A stretch of DNA of 64,000 nucleotides from Marsupella aquatica (lineage: Eukaryota; Plantae; Marchantiophyta), in NCBI GenBank assembly GCA_973895155.1, contig OZ316891.1, positions 1-64,000 of the forward strand, given 5' to 3'. This document shows positions 13,301 through 25,720 of the stretch, piece after piece (position 1 is the stretch's first letter; every line of letters begins with the position of its first letter). A model generated the notes under the pieces. The model did not search any database. It was not told where the DNA came from and was given only the letters and a program-made list of their open reading frames with translations. Both the position numbers and the translations under genes were made by a program.

Positions 13301-13833
13301 TTCGGCAAAGTACCACACAAATACCAGTAGAAATAACTCAATTGTTTTGCTGATAACTGTGAAGGCTTCTCCTTACCCAGCAGAATTTCCTGCACCACTC
13401 TAATTGCCCCAGACCATCTATCATACGGAGCTCTCAAAAGCTTTAAACTATAGGGATTCCCTCTTATTCGTGGACGAACAAACAAATCATTGAATTCAGG
13501 ACAATGCATTCTCTGCCTATACTTGGCAAATGTACCAGATGGCAGCTTGAATGCCGCACGTAACACATCTTGTGTGATTTTCAATGAACATCCTCGGAAT
13601 TCACTGGATTTTGATGCATAATCAAATCCCAACACAAACTCCTTCACCCCACATACGGCTGTTATGTTGTAATCAATCCCAAAAGTTTGTTGCAGACCAA
13701 GGTTGAAAATCATTGACGATCGAGTTGGATCACCTCCCACCAAACTGCGAATTCGTTCCGGTGTGCAGGAATGCCACAACGTTCCAGTGCCGCCTGTTTC
13801 AATTCCAACCCACGGATTGTCAAAATGTTCCAC
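10327..13833 (-). CDS. 1168-aa ORF: plant-transposon-protein-like N-terminal domain + eleven near-perfect 63-aa coiled-coil repeats; native C-terminus replaced at 10523
   Basis: Open frame. Motif EFVLGFD..RGCSLKITQDVLRAAFKLP..DWSDLVYDEL..YCGTAITQLL is shared with three other ORFs in the window. The paralog at 57886+ continues into SNF2 instead of YILSAHYG. Start is GTG, so the true 5' end is uncertain. Confidence 0.75.
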   Translation of the reverse strand: MEHFDNPWVGIETGGTGTLWHSCTPERIRSLVGGDPTRSSMIFNLGLQQTFGIDYNITAVCGVKEFVLGFDYASKSSEFRGCSLKITQDVLRAAFKLPSGTFAKYRQRMHCPEFNDLFVRPRIRGNPYSLKLLRAPYDRWSGAIRVVQEILLGKEKPSQLSAKQLSYFYWYLCGTLPKGKRLAGPVPKLLPDWSDLVYDELALEISKFKKHLQGMRNVRESKAFPAYCGTAITQLLLHWGFSWESLISGPNVGNEGTTRRETQPQPIQCKLQSSESKLEGRIDDLEGELTAQTMRNDEYEDAGEGWNENQSCMANLSVEQEMCNAGRDAVTREFEVFKLQSQCRLKDLQEKLVQVTMRNDEYQAAEQGWKEDQSRMAELSVELQMGTTGRDAITNKFEEFKLQSQCRLKDLEENLVQVTKRNDEYQAAEQGWKEDQSRMAELSAELQMGTAERDAVTSEFEEFKLQSQSRLKDLEEKLMQVTMRNDEYQAAEQGWKKDQSRMAELSVELQMGTVGRDAIASKFEEFKLQSQCKLKDLEEKLVQVTKRNDEYQAVEQGWKEDQSRMAELSVELQMGTTGRDAITNKFEEFKLQSQCRLKDLEENLVQVTKRNDEYQAAEQGWKEDQSRMAELSAELQMGTAERDAVTSEFEEFKLQSQSRLKDLEEKLMQVTMRNDEYQAAEQGWKKDQSRMAELSVELQMGTVGRDAIASKFEEFKLQSQCKLKDLEEKLVQVTKRNDEYQAVEQGWKEDQSRMAELSVELQMGTTGRDAITNKFEEFKLQSQCRLKDLEENLVQVTKRNDEYQAAEQGWKEDQSRMAELSAELQMGTAERDAVTSEFEEFKLQSQSRLKDLEEKLMQVTMRNDEYQAAEQGWKKDQSRMAELSVELQMGTVGRDAIASKFEEFKLQSQCKLKDLEEKLVQVTKRNDEYQAVEQGWKEDQSRLAELSAELQMGTAERDAATSEFEEFKLQSQWKLKDLEEKLVQVTKRNDNYQAAEQGWKEDQSRMAELSADLERCVAGRDAAINELELLKLSSDCKFEDVQRKVVEQAVRMESCLGAECALKDIQMRMEELESELAGCTKQRDDVSTQLQLFRLESQSKLEDLYILSAHYGRSAAAVWLFWRPVTSVVAVVKKMVWSCVYKHLARSFKIHGQHSLLTFHANIYCFDG
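10530..13030 (-). repeat. Coding tandem repeat, 189-bp unit (63 aa = 9 heptads) with 567-bp higher-order trimer repeated three times
   Basis: GACTGCAAT at 10922, 11111, 11300 ... 12812 (period 189); variants TTGRDAITNK / TAERDAVTSE / TVGRDAIASK cycle in threes. Confidence 0.95.
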
Positions 13834-14384
13834 ATATCATCACTAAACCGCAATGCAAAATTCAACTATATGCAATGACGACCAACTATTAAGTATTGTA
13901 ATCCAAACCTTCCTTTTCCACCTCCTTGTAGGGCTGGACCTCGTCGTAAGGTGACTCTGCCTTGTCCTCCATGTTTTGGATCTACTGTCCTTGAAATTCA
14001 CTTCTGTCGTATGAAAGGTAGTCCAATTAAGTAAACCCTAATCCTATCACCAACACATTGCCGTGAGCAACTCATGAGGCTTACTCGACGGAAGGAGGGT
14101 ATTGACACGCAAGGAGCCTCTCAAAACATGACAGATTCCATTTCTGCAAAGCTGCTTGTTGCTCTATTGGATGTTGTCAATCCATGTACTTAAACTTAAA
14201 CTCCCTGTTGTGAAGAAACATTCCCTTTGTTATGAAGCGTCTTGTCCAAGTCACTGCCAACCTTTCTGGAATCCGGAAGATGCGAACTAAAATGCTCCTA
14301 TATTGTCAGCACCCCATAAGCACCAAAGTTGTGCATAGTTGGTGCTCGGGTAAAGGGCGTTGTACAGTCCTTCTGTATTACCCG

Positions 14385-15545
14385 AGCACACTGTGGCTGT
14401 GCGTTATAGAATACCCCATCCCTCGTACCCCCAACCTTCAAAATACTGTAATTTGATACATACATACCCTTCGGTGCACATTGACATTGTTTTGCATTAC
14501 CCCAGAACATGGTGGCTGTGGGTTTTGGAAAACCCCATCCCTCGTACCCCCCAACCTTTAAAATACTGTAATTTGATAATACATGTACCCTTTGGAACAC
14601 ATTGGCACTTGTATTACCTCATGGTGGTTGTGCGTTTTGGAATACCCCATCCCTCGTACCTCAACCTTCAAAATACTGTAATTTGATACATACATACCCT
14701 TCAAAGCACATTGGCACTTGCATTACCCGAGCACTTGGTGACTATGCGTTTTGGAATACCCCATCCCTCGTACCCCCCAACCTTCAAAATACTGTAATTT
14801 GATATATACATACCCTTCGGAGCACATTGGCACTTGCATTACCCCAGCACATGGTGGCTGTGCATTTTGGAATACCCCATCCCTCGTACCCCCCAACCTT
14901 CAATACTGTAATTTGATACATACGTACCCTTCGGTGCACATTTACATTTGCATTACCCCAGCACATGGTGGCTGTGCATTTTGGAATACCCCATCCCTCA
15001 TACCCCTCAACCTTCAAAATACTGTAATCTGATATATACATACCCTTTGGAGCACATTGGCACTTGCATTACCCCAGCACATGGTGGCTGTGAGTTTTGG
15101 AATACCCCATCCGTCGTACCCCCCAACCTTCAAAATACTGTAATTTGATATATAGATACCCTTTGGAGCACATTGGCACTTGCATTACCCCAGCACATGG
15201 TGGCTGTGCATTTTGGAATACCCCATCCGTCGTACCACCCAACCTTCAAAATACTGTAATTTGAAACATACATACCCATCCGAGCACATGGACATTTGCA
15301 TTACCCCAGCACATGGTGGCTGTGCATTTGGAATACCCCATCCCTCATACCCCTCAACCTTCAAAATACTGTAATTTGATATATACATACCCTTCGGAGC
15401 ACATTGGCACTTGTATTACCCCAGCACATGGTGGCTGTGAGTTTTGGAATACCCCATCCCTCGTACCCCCCAACCTTCAAAATATTGTAATTTGATACAA
15501 ACATACCCTTTGGAGCACATTGACATTTGCATTACCCCAGCACAT
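14385..15545. repeat. 116-bp tandem satellite (~10 units)
   Basis: Unit CATTACCCCAGCACATGGTGGCTGTGCATTTTGGAATACCCCATCCCTCGTACCCCCCAACCTTCAAAATACTGTAATTTGATA.. Confidence 0.93.
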
Positions 15546-16316
15546 AATTATATACAAGCCATCCGGATAGTGCACTTGTGATGCCCGTTGAACTCAAATT
15601 GCCATCGGAAGCTATATATATGGACAGATTGCTTGACAGAATTCCACAATTACTTGTTATACTGTATAGTTGATATATTCTTGTGTTCATTTTTCCTGTC
15701 CATTTGGAAATTGCACAAATTAACAAAAGTATCCATAAAGGTCTGTCATCGTAGAAAGTGATGACATCAAGTCAATTTTGAGCACTCCCTCGAAGGTGTA
15801 ATTGTTCAGCATTTGTAAATACCTCGCACTATATATCACGACTGTACACATTGAATTAGTTCTACTCAGCCATTTCCCATGTCCAAATTTGAATGGTGAC
15901 ACTTTTGATACTAACGGAGTTTAAAGGTTTCAACATGAATGCTATTGCTGCAAAAATGTTTAACCGGAAATGTTATGGGAGCCTACGAGCAACGAGCACA
16001 TTAAGGAACCAGATTGAAGACGGGCAATAGGAATTCTAGAAGCCCAATACTTCCCGACCATAATACCATCCCAACCATGGCGCAGAAGGGAATTTGAAGG
16101 CGGCAAGCACATTAAGGAACCAAATTGAAGGCGGACAGGAATTCTAGAAGGCCAATGCTTCCCAACTATAATACCAGCCCAACCATGGCGTTGAAAGGAA
16201 TTTGAAGAAAGTGATGACGTCAAGTCAATTTTAAGCACTCCCTCGGAGGTGTAATTGTTCACCATTTGTAAATACCTCGCACTATATATCACGACTGTAC
16301 ACATTGAATTAGTTCT

Positions 16317-17237
16317 AATCAGCCATTTCCCACATCCAAATTTGAATGGTAACACTTTTGATACTAACGTAGTTTAAAGGTTTCGACATGAATGCTATTG
16401 CTGCAAAAATGTTTAACCGGAAATGTTATGGGAGTCGACTATGGTTTAACCAGAAATGTTATGGGAGCTAATCAGCCATTTCCCACGTCCAAAATTGAAT
16501 GGTGACAGTGCTTTTGATACTAACAGAGATTAAAGGTTTCAACATGAATGCTATTGCTGCAAAAATGTTTAACCGGATATGTTATGGGAGTCGACTACGG
16601 TTTAACCAGAAATGTTATGGGAGCTAATCAGCCATTTCCCACGTCCAAAATTGAATGGTGACACTTTTGATACTAACGGAGATTAAAGGTTTTGACATGA
16701 ATGCTATTGCTGCAAAAATGTTTAACTGGAAATGTTATGGGAGTCGACTACGGTTTAACCGAAAATGTTATGGGAGCTAATCAGCCATTTCCCACATCCA
16801 AAATTGAATGGTGACACTTTTGATACTAATGTAGTTTAAAGGTTTCGACATGAATGCTATTGCTGAAAAAATGTTTAACCAGAAATGTTATGGGAGTCGA
16901 CTACGGTTTAATCGGAAATGTTATGGGAGCTAATCAGCCATTTCCCACGTCCAAATTGAATGGTGACACTTTTGATACTAACGGAGATTAAAGGTTTCGA
17001 CATGAATGCTATTGCTGCAAAAATGTTTAACCGGAAATGTTATGGGAGTCGACTACGGTTTAACCGGAAATGTTATGGGAGCTAATCAGCCATTTCCCAC
17101 GTCCAAAATTGAATGGTGACACTTTTGATACTAACGGAGATTAAAGGTTTCAACATGAATGCTATTGCTGCAAAAATGTTTAACCGGAAATGTTATGGGA
17201 GTCTACGGTTTAACCGGAAAATTATGTTATGGGAGCC
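16317..17237. repeat. ~153-bp tandem satellite (~6 units)
   Basis: AATCAGCCATTTCCCAC at 16317, 16470, 16626, 16779, 16932, 17084; single related units at ~15865, 7860, 8600, 19730, 20600. Confidence 0.93.
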
Positions 17238-17489
17238 TACGAGCGACGAGCACATTAAAGAACCAGATTGCAGACGGGCAATAGGAATTCTAGAAGACCA
17301 AATGAATACTTCCCGACCATAATACCAGCCCAACCATGGCACAGAAGGGAATTTGAAGGTGAAGAGCACATTAAGGAACCAGGTTGAAGGTGGGCGGCAG
17401 GAATTCTAGAAAGCCAATCTTTTCCGACTAAAATACCACCCCAACCATAGTGCATAAGGGAAGGGTCTGTCGGCAATTTGAATTACTTG

Positions 17490-18630
17490 TTCCCAGGCTG
17501 CTGCCAAGTGCAAGCAAGCGTGGACGTGGGTTCCCACTTTAGTTAGACAAACCATATGGAAGAAATTCATTGAACGTGGGACGAACGAAAGTATTGTGCT
17601 TGCAAAAAGAATAGAGACAGTTTGTGTCTATCCCAACTTCATATTCTCGTTGCTATTGGCAACAGAGAAGAAGATTTAATTGCACAATGAATTGGTAATA
17701 CAGAGCGTACAATGGTTTTGGTGGGGACAGTTGCCAACTCAATAACTTTGAGCTTTTAACTATGTTATTACCTAATTATCGCTGAAAGTGCTCAGACAAT
17801 AAATGTTCACCTATTGCCGTAAAGTATAAACATTGTGCACGTTCAGTTCCGCTACTTGAATTTACCAAATCAAATTGGCAAGTGTTGGATTACACATCAC
17901 TTCCCAAGTTAAAGCAACTTAAATTAGCTGGAGTGAGGGTCGCCACCTATTGGAATTTGGAAATGGAGTGCTTCTTGTGCACCACCATCAGCTTTGCCTC
18001 GGCTGACTTTTGGTGTAGTCCTCCCATCAAGCGTGCGCAGCCCCTGAGACACGAATTGCAGCTCATGAGCTTCAAACGCTCTACAAGCATTACAAGCATT
18101 TGTGTGGCAATTCTAATGGTTGTCGTGAGCAATTGAGGGATAGACTTATACTGTAGATAATAATGCCGGCAGCCCCATCCCAATTTCCTCATTCCAATCA
18201 GTAGTGTGCTCTGGTTTATTCCACAGCTCTTGTGGGGCCTGATAGAAACTTCCAACCATGGTAACTCAAATGAGCAAGAAGCAAAAGAGGTATTCATCAA
18301 TTTGACTAACCGGTGTTGCGACAACGCTCGCTTGAAAGGACTCAAACAATTCCAATGCCAATTTTCAGAACAAATTTGTCTTTAATCAATGCAAATGATC
18401 AGAACAGCCACACATTCAAGCACATAATTATATACAAGCCATCTGGATAGTGCACTTGTGATGCTCGTTGAACTCAAACTGCCATCGGAAGCTATGGACA
18501 AAATGCTTGATAGAATTACACAATCACTTGTTATACATAGTTGATATATTCCTGAATTCATTTTTCCTATCCACTTGGAAATTGCACAGATTAATAGAAG
18601 TATCCATGAAGGTCTGTCATCGTAGAAAGA
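17490..18630 (+). pseudogene. Degraded F-box/LRR-like gene remnant (tentative)
   Basis: Fragments AAKCKQAWTWVPTL (F-box C-terminal-like), TSLPKLKQLKLAGVRV and HLEIAQI (LRR-like), with many stops; part duplicated at ~15540-15755. Confidence 0.35.
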
Positions 18631-18965
18631 GATTTCCAGCAAAAACTTGTAAGAAAATTGCAAGACGTGAGGTGCTCAACAGTTTTTTGTGTCTTGGCCA
18701 GTCTTGGGAGGCCATAGGCATTCGTCTATTTGCAGGACGTTTGTTAGCTTTTTTGGGTTTGCATAGATTACGGTACGGTGGCTATAGAGAGAAAATTGCC
18801 CGCCATTGCTTGCGGATATGAAGGAAATGCTAAGTCGAGCAGCAATTCCAACCAGAAGAGAGAAGAGACGGGTACAAAGGAAGATAGCAGGAGAGCTAGA
18901 ACTATAATGCGACAGAAGTGGCAGTAAGTTAATTTGAAGGCTGCTTTCACGCTCTGTCAAAAAAT

Positions 18966-19660
18966 ATGAAAAAGTTTTGTCTTGGTATGGACATCCAACG
19001 ACAACTGCTCCAAAGATCTCCTCTCAAGGCACTTGACAAACATGCCGTAGTGAATGACTACAAAGCAAACTTTGACCCGTGTAACCAACCAGACTTCAAG
19101 CAGTTGGAATCTATCTACATCAAATGGGGCGACCCGGTGATCTATGAATTTATCAAGTTCATTGAGGCGCCGGTGGGTAAATTTACTCGGGCTAAGCTAG
19201 CCTCCGGTATTGAGCATCATCACATTTCAGCTCTGGTGGAATCCACACTCAAGATTTTCCCAACGGCTTAGTGACTCCGAGGTGTCTACTATCCTCTTCG
19301 ACTACGTGGGCAGGAATCTGCGGTCAGTGTTGTTTTTGCTTCTCCTACAGGCACTTACCGACCGCGTGTTCTGCATCACGGCCCCATTATTTTGACAACC
19401 TGGTAACACAATTCAACATTCGTGAAGCAGGAACTCGACATCCCACACATCAAAAGGAACGGCCGGATCGCGAGGTCCTACAAGTGTGCCAAGGGGTGGA
19501 GTATAAGGCAAGGCAGAAGGCAGCTTTTTGGCAGGCGTAGGCTGAGGAGCAGCAACAACGGGAGGAAGTTGAATTACAACACCTGGCATTACGGGCCCAA
19601 GAGTTTGAGGCGGATCGGGCATAGACCCGGGTGTGGATTAGCATTGAGTCTAGAGAGTAA
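18966..19660 (+). pseudogene. Frameshifted ORF remnant of unknown function
   Basis: Overlapping protein-like fragments 18966..19271, 19210..19395 and 19422..19664 join across frameshifts; no family recognised. Confidence 0.3.
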
Positions 19661-20822
19661 ATAATATATCACAACTGTATAGAGTGAATTAGTTCTAATC
19701 AGGAAGCCTGGTCTTCTTTAATTTGTATCTCATTTCCCACGTCCAAAATTGAATGGTGACACATTTGATGCTAACGGAGTTTAAAGGTTTCAACATGAAA
19801 GCTATGGGAGTCTACGGTTTAACCGGAAATGTTATGGGAGCCTCCACTTTAACCAGAAATGTTGTGGGAGTCCATATGCTGAAACTTGGAGACATACCAT
19901 GCATCGCATGTGAGACACAGCCTTTACATAAGAGTCTTGTATGGTGGGTTGGACAGTGAAGGCAATTTGGGTCCTAGGAGTGTCTGAATGGAGTTGCAAC
20001 ACAGATGGAGGTGAGTAGCAAGGCATGAATACCGCAACCATGGATGTTGTACAGAAGAGAAGCTCCATCACTGCACACTCGGCCTGAAACCACGCCACGC
20101 CACTGCCACCAGTAAGCATAAAAAACGCAACCATTCGGAAACGCCTTCGCTCGAAGACTGCATCCAACAACGACTCGAATCCATCACTTGCTGCAATTAT
20201 TGACAACGTTAGTACGCCATCCAAGCGACACAAGATTCACGATGCACTGCCACCAGTAAGCATAAAAACCGTAACCATTCGGAAACGCCTTCGCTCAAAG
20301 ACTGCATCCAACAACGACTCTAATCCATCACTTGCTGCAATTATTGACGACGTCAGTACGCCATCCAAGCAACGCAAGATTCAAGATGCAGATTGAAGGG
20401 AATTTGGAGGTGGCGAGCACAGTCAAGGACCAGATTGAAGGCCAGCAACAGGAATTCTCGAAGGCCAATGCTTCCCGACCAAAATACCGACCCAACAATA
20501 ATGCAGAAGGGAATTTGAAGGTGACGAGCACATTTGAAGGCTGGTACAGGAATTCTAGAAGCATTGACCAAGCTTTGTTTCCTTTGTATTTCTCACGAAC
20601 CTAATTGAATGGTGACACTTTTGATGCTAACGGAGTCCAATGGTTTCAACATGAATGTTATAGCTGCAAAAGACTTTTATTGGAAATGTTATGGGAGTGC
20701 GGGACTACAAGTGAGTCACAATGAATGCTAGTGGTGTATGAACACTTAAAAAATAATGTTATGGGAGCCTACGGCAACCACCCGTAAGTCACCCTAATCA
20801 ATACTAGCGGAGTTTAAAGGTT

Positions 20823-22474
20823 TTAATAATAATGTTGTGGGAGTCCAAATGTTGAAACGTCGAGACCGTGCACTGCATGTAGGAGACCATGCACCGCGCT
20901 CCCTAAATACCCTGAAATGGCCTGAAGACCGGCCTCATTGCACGCGCTGTGCAGAGAAGATATATACAGACTCAATTCTTCTGCCTTTGTGGTATTCTGA
21001 GCGTGTTGCTTCTCTGCTTCCTTCCGGACAGTTGTCACTTCCTCTATCAGCAAAGTAATCCTTGCCTCTTTTTCTTGGGACTTCATCTCCTGCTCATGCA
21101 ACATTTGTTCTCGTATCTCCACCTTCTCATTGAGGAGTCTCACCATCTCCTTGTTTTCCTTCAGCAAACTCTCCAACTTCTCAATCCTCTCTTGGAGCTT
21201 AAGGTTGGTGTTGGCGCTTCTGAACAGATCTTCTTCCTGCTGCTTTGCCTTTTCTCTCTCTCTTACCCCAGTTTCTGCTTCGAGTGCACAAATGTGGGCC
21301 AACCCACACACTTCCTTGGCTTGATGTAACCACAAACGCTTGTCACTTCCTACAGGGAAGGGTCGATTAATAAACTTCATCCTCTGCTCAAAGGAGGTGA
21401 GCTCAGACAGAACAACATTTGATAACAACTCTGTCAACACTGGTTGATGGTATACATAATCAGATTGGGCAGTGGATGTCACAACTTCTTCTTCCTCTTC
21501 GACCGGGATTATCACTCTCCTTTTCTTTCTTTTCAAGGACTTAACACACGCATTCCCCTTTATCCTCAATGTACGTAATCCTTGTGCGCCTTCTTCATCA
21601 GAATTGTCCACTTCATCTGCACTGCTTGAGACCAGGCCTAAGACCAGGGATCCTTTGGGGCATAGAGTCTCGGATTATCTTCTTCCCCATCCTCGCTCTC
21701 CGACTCCTCCTTTTCTTCTTCCTCCTGGTTTGCCTCCTCTCGCTCCTCTGAATCGCTGTCCTGCAAGGAGATTATTGTGACCGCGGTTGTGATCCTATCG
21801 GCAGTGAGGGCGTGGTCCATCACTACGCTTAATACATATGCACAAATTGACGGAAACAATGGTAGCCCCTTCCTGGTTATAACACTTGCAAGGTTGCGCT
21901 TCCATATCAGCAATGGGTGAAGAGTTCCATCTAATACTCTCTTGGCAACTGATAGTTGCTCTGGCGTTACATAATGGTACCCACTCTTGAGGATTACCCA
22001 TTTAGTAAAGAACTCCACATACTTGCGGACCTCTTGGTTTGTCATAACGCCATATTGGACCTTCTTCTCATGCTGGAGCTCTCCTCCTTGTTTTAGGAAG
22101 GCACTCATCTCTCTTCCCGTAAGTGCCTCAATTGGATAGTCAGCTGGTAGGCTGTCTGGGGCAAAAATCCCAAACAAAGTCGCTAATTCCTTGTTGGGGA
22201 TGTGGTAGGCTTGTGCTCTGTATGTGATAAACACTCCAGTATCTGCAAAATTGACATCCACAATATCTTTGTAAAGCTGACAAGCACGATCAATTGATAC
22301 AAACCTATCAATTCGGACAAGCCCATAGCATCGAGCCCTTTCAAATATCTCTCTGTATTCTTCAATGAAGGCCACCTCAGAGATTGAGTTCCTCAATCTT
22401 TCTTCTGGAGTTGATCGAGGTTGTTTATTTTTGGCTGGAGGGACCTCTACTCGGGTTTGATTTGGAGATGTCAT
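20823..22474 (-). pseudogene. Plant-transposon-protein-like domain + acidic linker + coiled coil; single ~545-aa gene split by an ~11-bp duplication-type insertion near 21630-21640
   Basis: ORFs 21638..22474 and 20823..21611 join (DPWS|SSSADEVDNSDEE) if TAGGCCTGGTC, which duplicates CCTGGTCT, is removed. The N-domain has the QLYKDI..YRAQAYHI..LATLFGI..YVTPEQL..LFPSICAYVL pattern. Confidence 0.65.
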
Positions 22475-25400
22475 TGTGAAATCTTTACAAATGAAGGTAG
22501 TTCAGTCAACTTATCCACTTCGCAAACATTCGGAACATCCTTCCTTCCTAAAGATTTCAATGGGGCGCTCGCACTGTGAAAACTCTAATATACTTGGCAA
22601 ACATGTTGGTCTCATAGATTGAAGTGGTTTCAACGATGGCATGGTCAATTGAATAGCGGACGGTGGTCTTAGTGTCTTAGTGCCTTTCCTTTTATGGTGT
22701 TTGAATCCTCGTCCTCCTACGACTTGGAGCAATAGCTTCCCTCGTTCCACTTCCTTCTGTATCCAAACAATGATGACTCTTCTTCTCTTGAATGGAGACT
22801 GAGGGTACAATCCCTCTTGTGATGATATTCGCTTGAATGGAGAGGGTACAATCCTGACACTGTTCATTTTCTTGTCGGCCACCCTTTTGTCCTATATCTC
22901 ATGAAGTTGGGTACACCCCACACAACATACAAACCGTTAAAAGTTTCTGACAATTAACTTAGTTGTACTTAGACAATACTTTAATATATAAATCATGACT
23001 TGTTAATCATTAATTATGCTTTATTATCTCTCTTTGCAACACTATTAGGGGGTCACACATTACACACAACTTATAAAAAAGGAGATTGAACTAAAAAAGA
23101 ACAAACTATATGACCAAAGGATAGACTCTCAATCTAGGGGATCTTTCCGCAAGCCACCTAATCTAGAATAGTTTTCATTACTTAGATAGTTTGCACTACT
23201 ATATATTATTCACAACTATATTATATCTCAAATATATGTTTCTTGAAGAAGTGTGTTATAATTCCACTCCTCTCAATTAGTTGTTTATTTTAATATATGT
23301 ACTAGAAAGCTTAATTTCTACTCAATTAGTAGTTTAATGTATGCTAGTAGAACATTATGGACCATATTAGACTCTCAAAACTCAAGCTAAAAGCCCTTAT
23401 TTTCCTGGTCATATATTATGCAGAAGATTGCAAAAATCACATCACTTTGGATGAGGTAATTAATTTCTCCTATATTTTCACTAAAATTTGTAAAATTATC
23501 TTATCATAACAATCTACGATACCATCAAAATTTTGACCATAAATAATAGCCTTTGATAACTTGAGTTAGAGTTAATATTACATACATTAATTATACTCAA
23601 ACAAGGCCTAAAAAATGTAACTAGGGGGCCCACGAACTAATTCCAAATACTCTTTTAGCTCCAATGCACTATCTTTAAAATTTGAAATATTATGGTATCT
23701 CCTCAAAACAACAAGCTGTAAGACTCTAATGCATATACTGAAATCTCTTGTTAGACTCTATTAGGGCATCAAAGCCCAGCCGTAACTCAGTTATAGCTTA
23801 GGACATAAATCACTTTTATGGCCTGGAAGTAACTTCTTATGGGGTACCTACAAAGGTGCCCCGCAAGTCTCATACATCATAAAGTTTTATGTCCGTAGGG
23901 TGAAGACCATATGTTTTAAGAGAAGTCGCCCCAACACTAGTCACTAGTGCAAAGCCTGCCCGGCACAAGTGGCCCCTACGATGATCCCAGTGATGGAATG
24001 AGGGGTGAACTGAGTGTATTTTCCCCACTCACGAATTTGGGCAGCTCCTCTGAAATTCTTGATGAAATCCATCTGGGCATCACACTTAGGTCCACATTCA
24101 TCAATATCGTTGTTGTTTGTCCTGAATTCGTAGTCAATGCACTATTGGGGTGAGGAAGAGATTCCCTCCAATCTTATTTAATGATGAGAGCCGCATAGGT
24201 GACGGTGAGCAAGCTCACTGACATGGCTGCTACGTCGAGCTGTGAATTGTGGTGATGGATGGTTGTCTCCCAAAATTGTTCTACAGGCACTCTCGAGCAA
24301 GGAATTCTTCTAATTGTTTGCTACTTGTTATGCCATATTACATGAATTTAGTTTTGACAAAGAACAAACAGTTCTGAAACCGAGATTCTACGGGGAATAG
24401 AAATTGTTTGCTCTTGGATGTCCTTTGCTCATTTTAACAGACTTTCAAACAATGGATTTGATTTTAGAAGTATGTTGGTGACAAATCCCCACATGTAACA
24501 ATCTATTGCACATCACATGAAACTAAAATGCTAATCTCTGTGCAAGCGCAATTGAACAACTACTGTTTTTTACTCATCTCTACTTCAATGTTGGTGTCTC
24601 TATTAGCTTTGAGTGCTTAATTTCAGAGTCTCTCTTAGCTTTGAGTGCAGAATTGTGACTACGCCTGTCGAAATAGTTTCGAGGCGCTCAATTGTCTCAG
24701 AAGTTATTAAATTCCTAGGTTCAACACAGTGGCAAAAGTTACGACGATGCGCCGTCCAAATTTCTGCTGTTCTGATTCTGGCCAACGCTTTCTATTCTGG
24801 ATTTGATTGCCACTACATTTACTTTGTTGCTAAGACCAAAAATCTCTCTTGAAGACTCATTGACAGCCTACGATGGTGATGACACCTGCAACTTTGTCAC
24901 CATCCTTAAGATTCTTTTCTACCCCATAACTAGTTCTTACAGGACGTGTCAAAGTACCTGATCAACTTCTGCCCTTAAAATTCCCGTAACTTTGTTTTAC
25001 GGCTATTTGAAAGAGGGACTGACAGTGGACAGGGCTTATGGCTGTGTTTTGACACGCCCTATTGGCACTCTTGTTTGGTACTCTCATCCGAAGAGATCTA
25101 GTACAAAAGTTTATGGCTTTCTATGTCACTTCCCGATCAAATTTGTTCATTGCTCTGACTTGCATCGTTCAATTTAAACTGTGTATTCAACTTAACTGAA
25201 CATCAGGACATGGAACACATTATTTACAATAATTATGCACAAGCACACAACCAAGAATGTGTGTCCAGACCAACTTATAACACTAAGTTCTCTCAAAGAT
25301 CAGCCAAAAATCTTCAAATGAATGTAATTAATCTCCAAAATGTAGTTCAATAGCTCTCCTCTAGACTAACAAGCCCTTTCTTAATCTTGGCCAGTTGGAC

Positions 25401-25720
25401 CTCTCTCTCTCAGTCTCTCTCTCTCTCTTGGACGAAGCCATTGTCGACAACTTAACTAGAAGGAAGAGATTTTTGTCCACTTATCAGTCATTTGCAAGCC
25501 AATCTCTTCATCACTAACGATGAAGGTAGGGATTTTCTGATTGCTCAATGAATGAATGAGGGGGTCTCAACCTTCCTTTGACCCTAAATGCATGCTCCCT
25601 TCCTCCTCTTCCACAAACTTTGCTTTCATCTCCCTCATCCATCCGTACTTGCACGACCATGAGAAATTTCACTCCTTGGTGGCATTCACTCATTCGAGGC
25701 TTGACACAGGGTATGGTCCT

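Larger units (their letters stand above)
10523..17651. repeat. Long direct repeat block B, copy 1
   Basis: Near-identical to 57886-64000 (many identical short ORF translations, e.g. 14232..14456 = 60049..60273); differs mainly in repeat-unit counts and one ~420-bp deletion. Confidence 0.95.

Noticed and set aside
14385-17237. Regularly spaced repeats as a CRISPR array
   Set aside because: Whole units repeat with no unique spacers; no cas genes; eukaryotic context
22511-22882. 123-aa basic ORF upstream of the 22474 gene
   Set aside because: GTG start, contains a short internal duplication (PSPFKR/QSPFKR), no recognisable domain; may be UTR
24400-25180. Myb-like fragment RKRWPESEQQKF on the minus strand
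   Set aside because: No downstream Myb tryptophans and many stops; insufficient evidence
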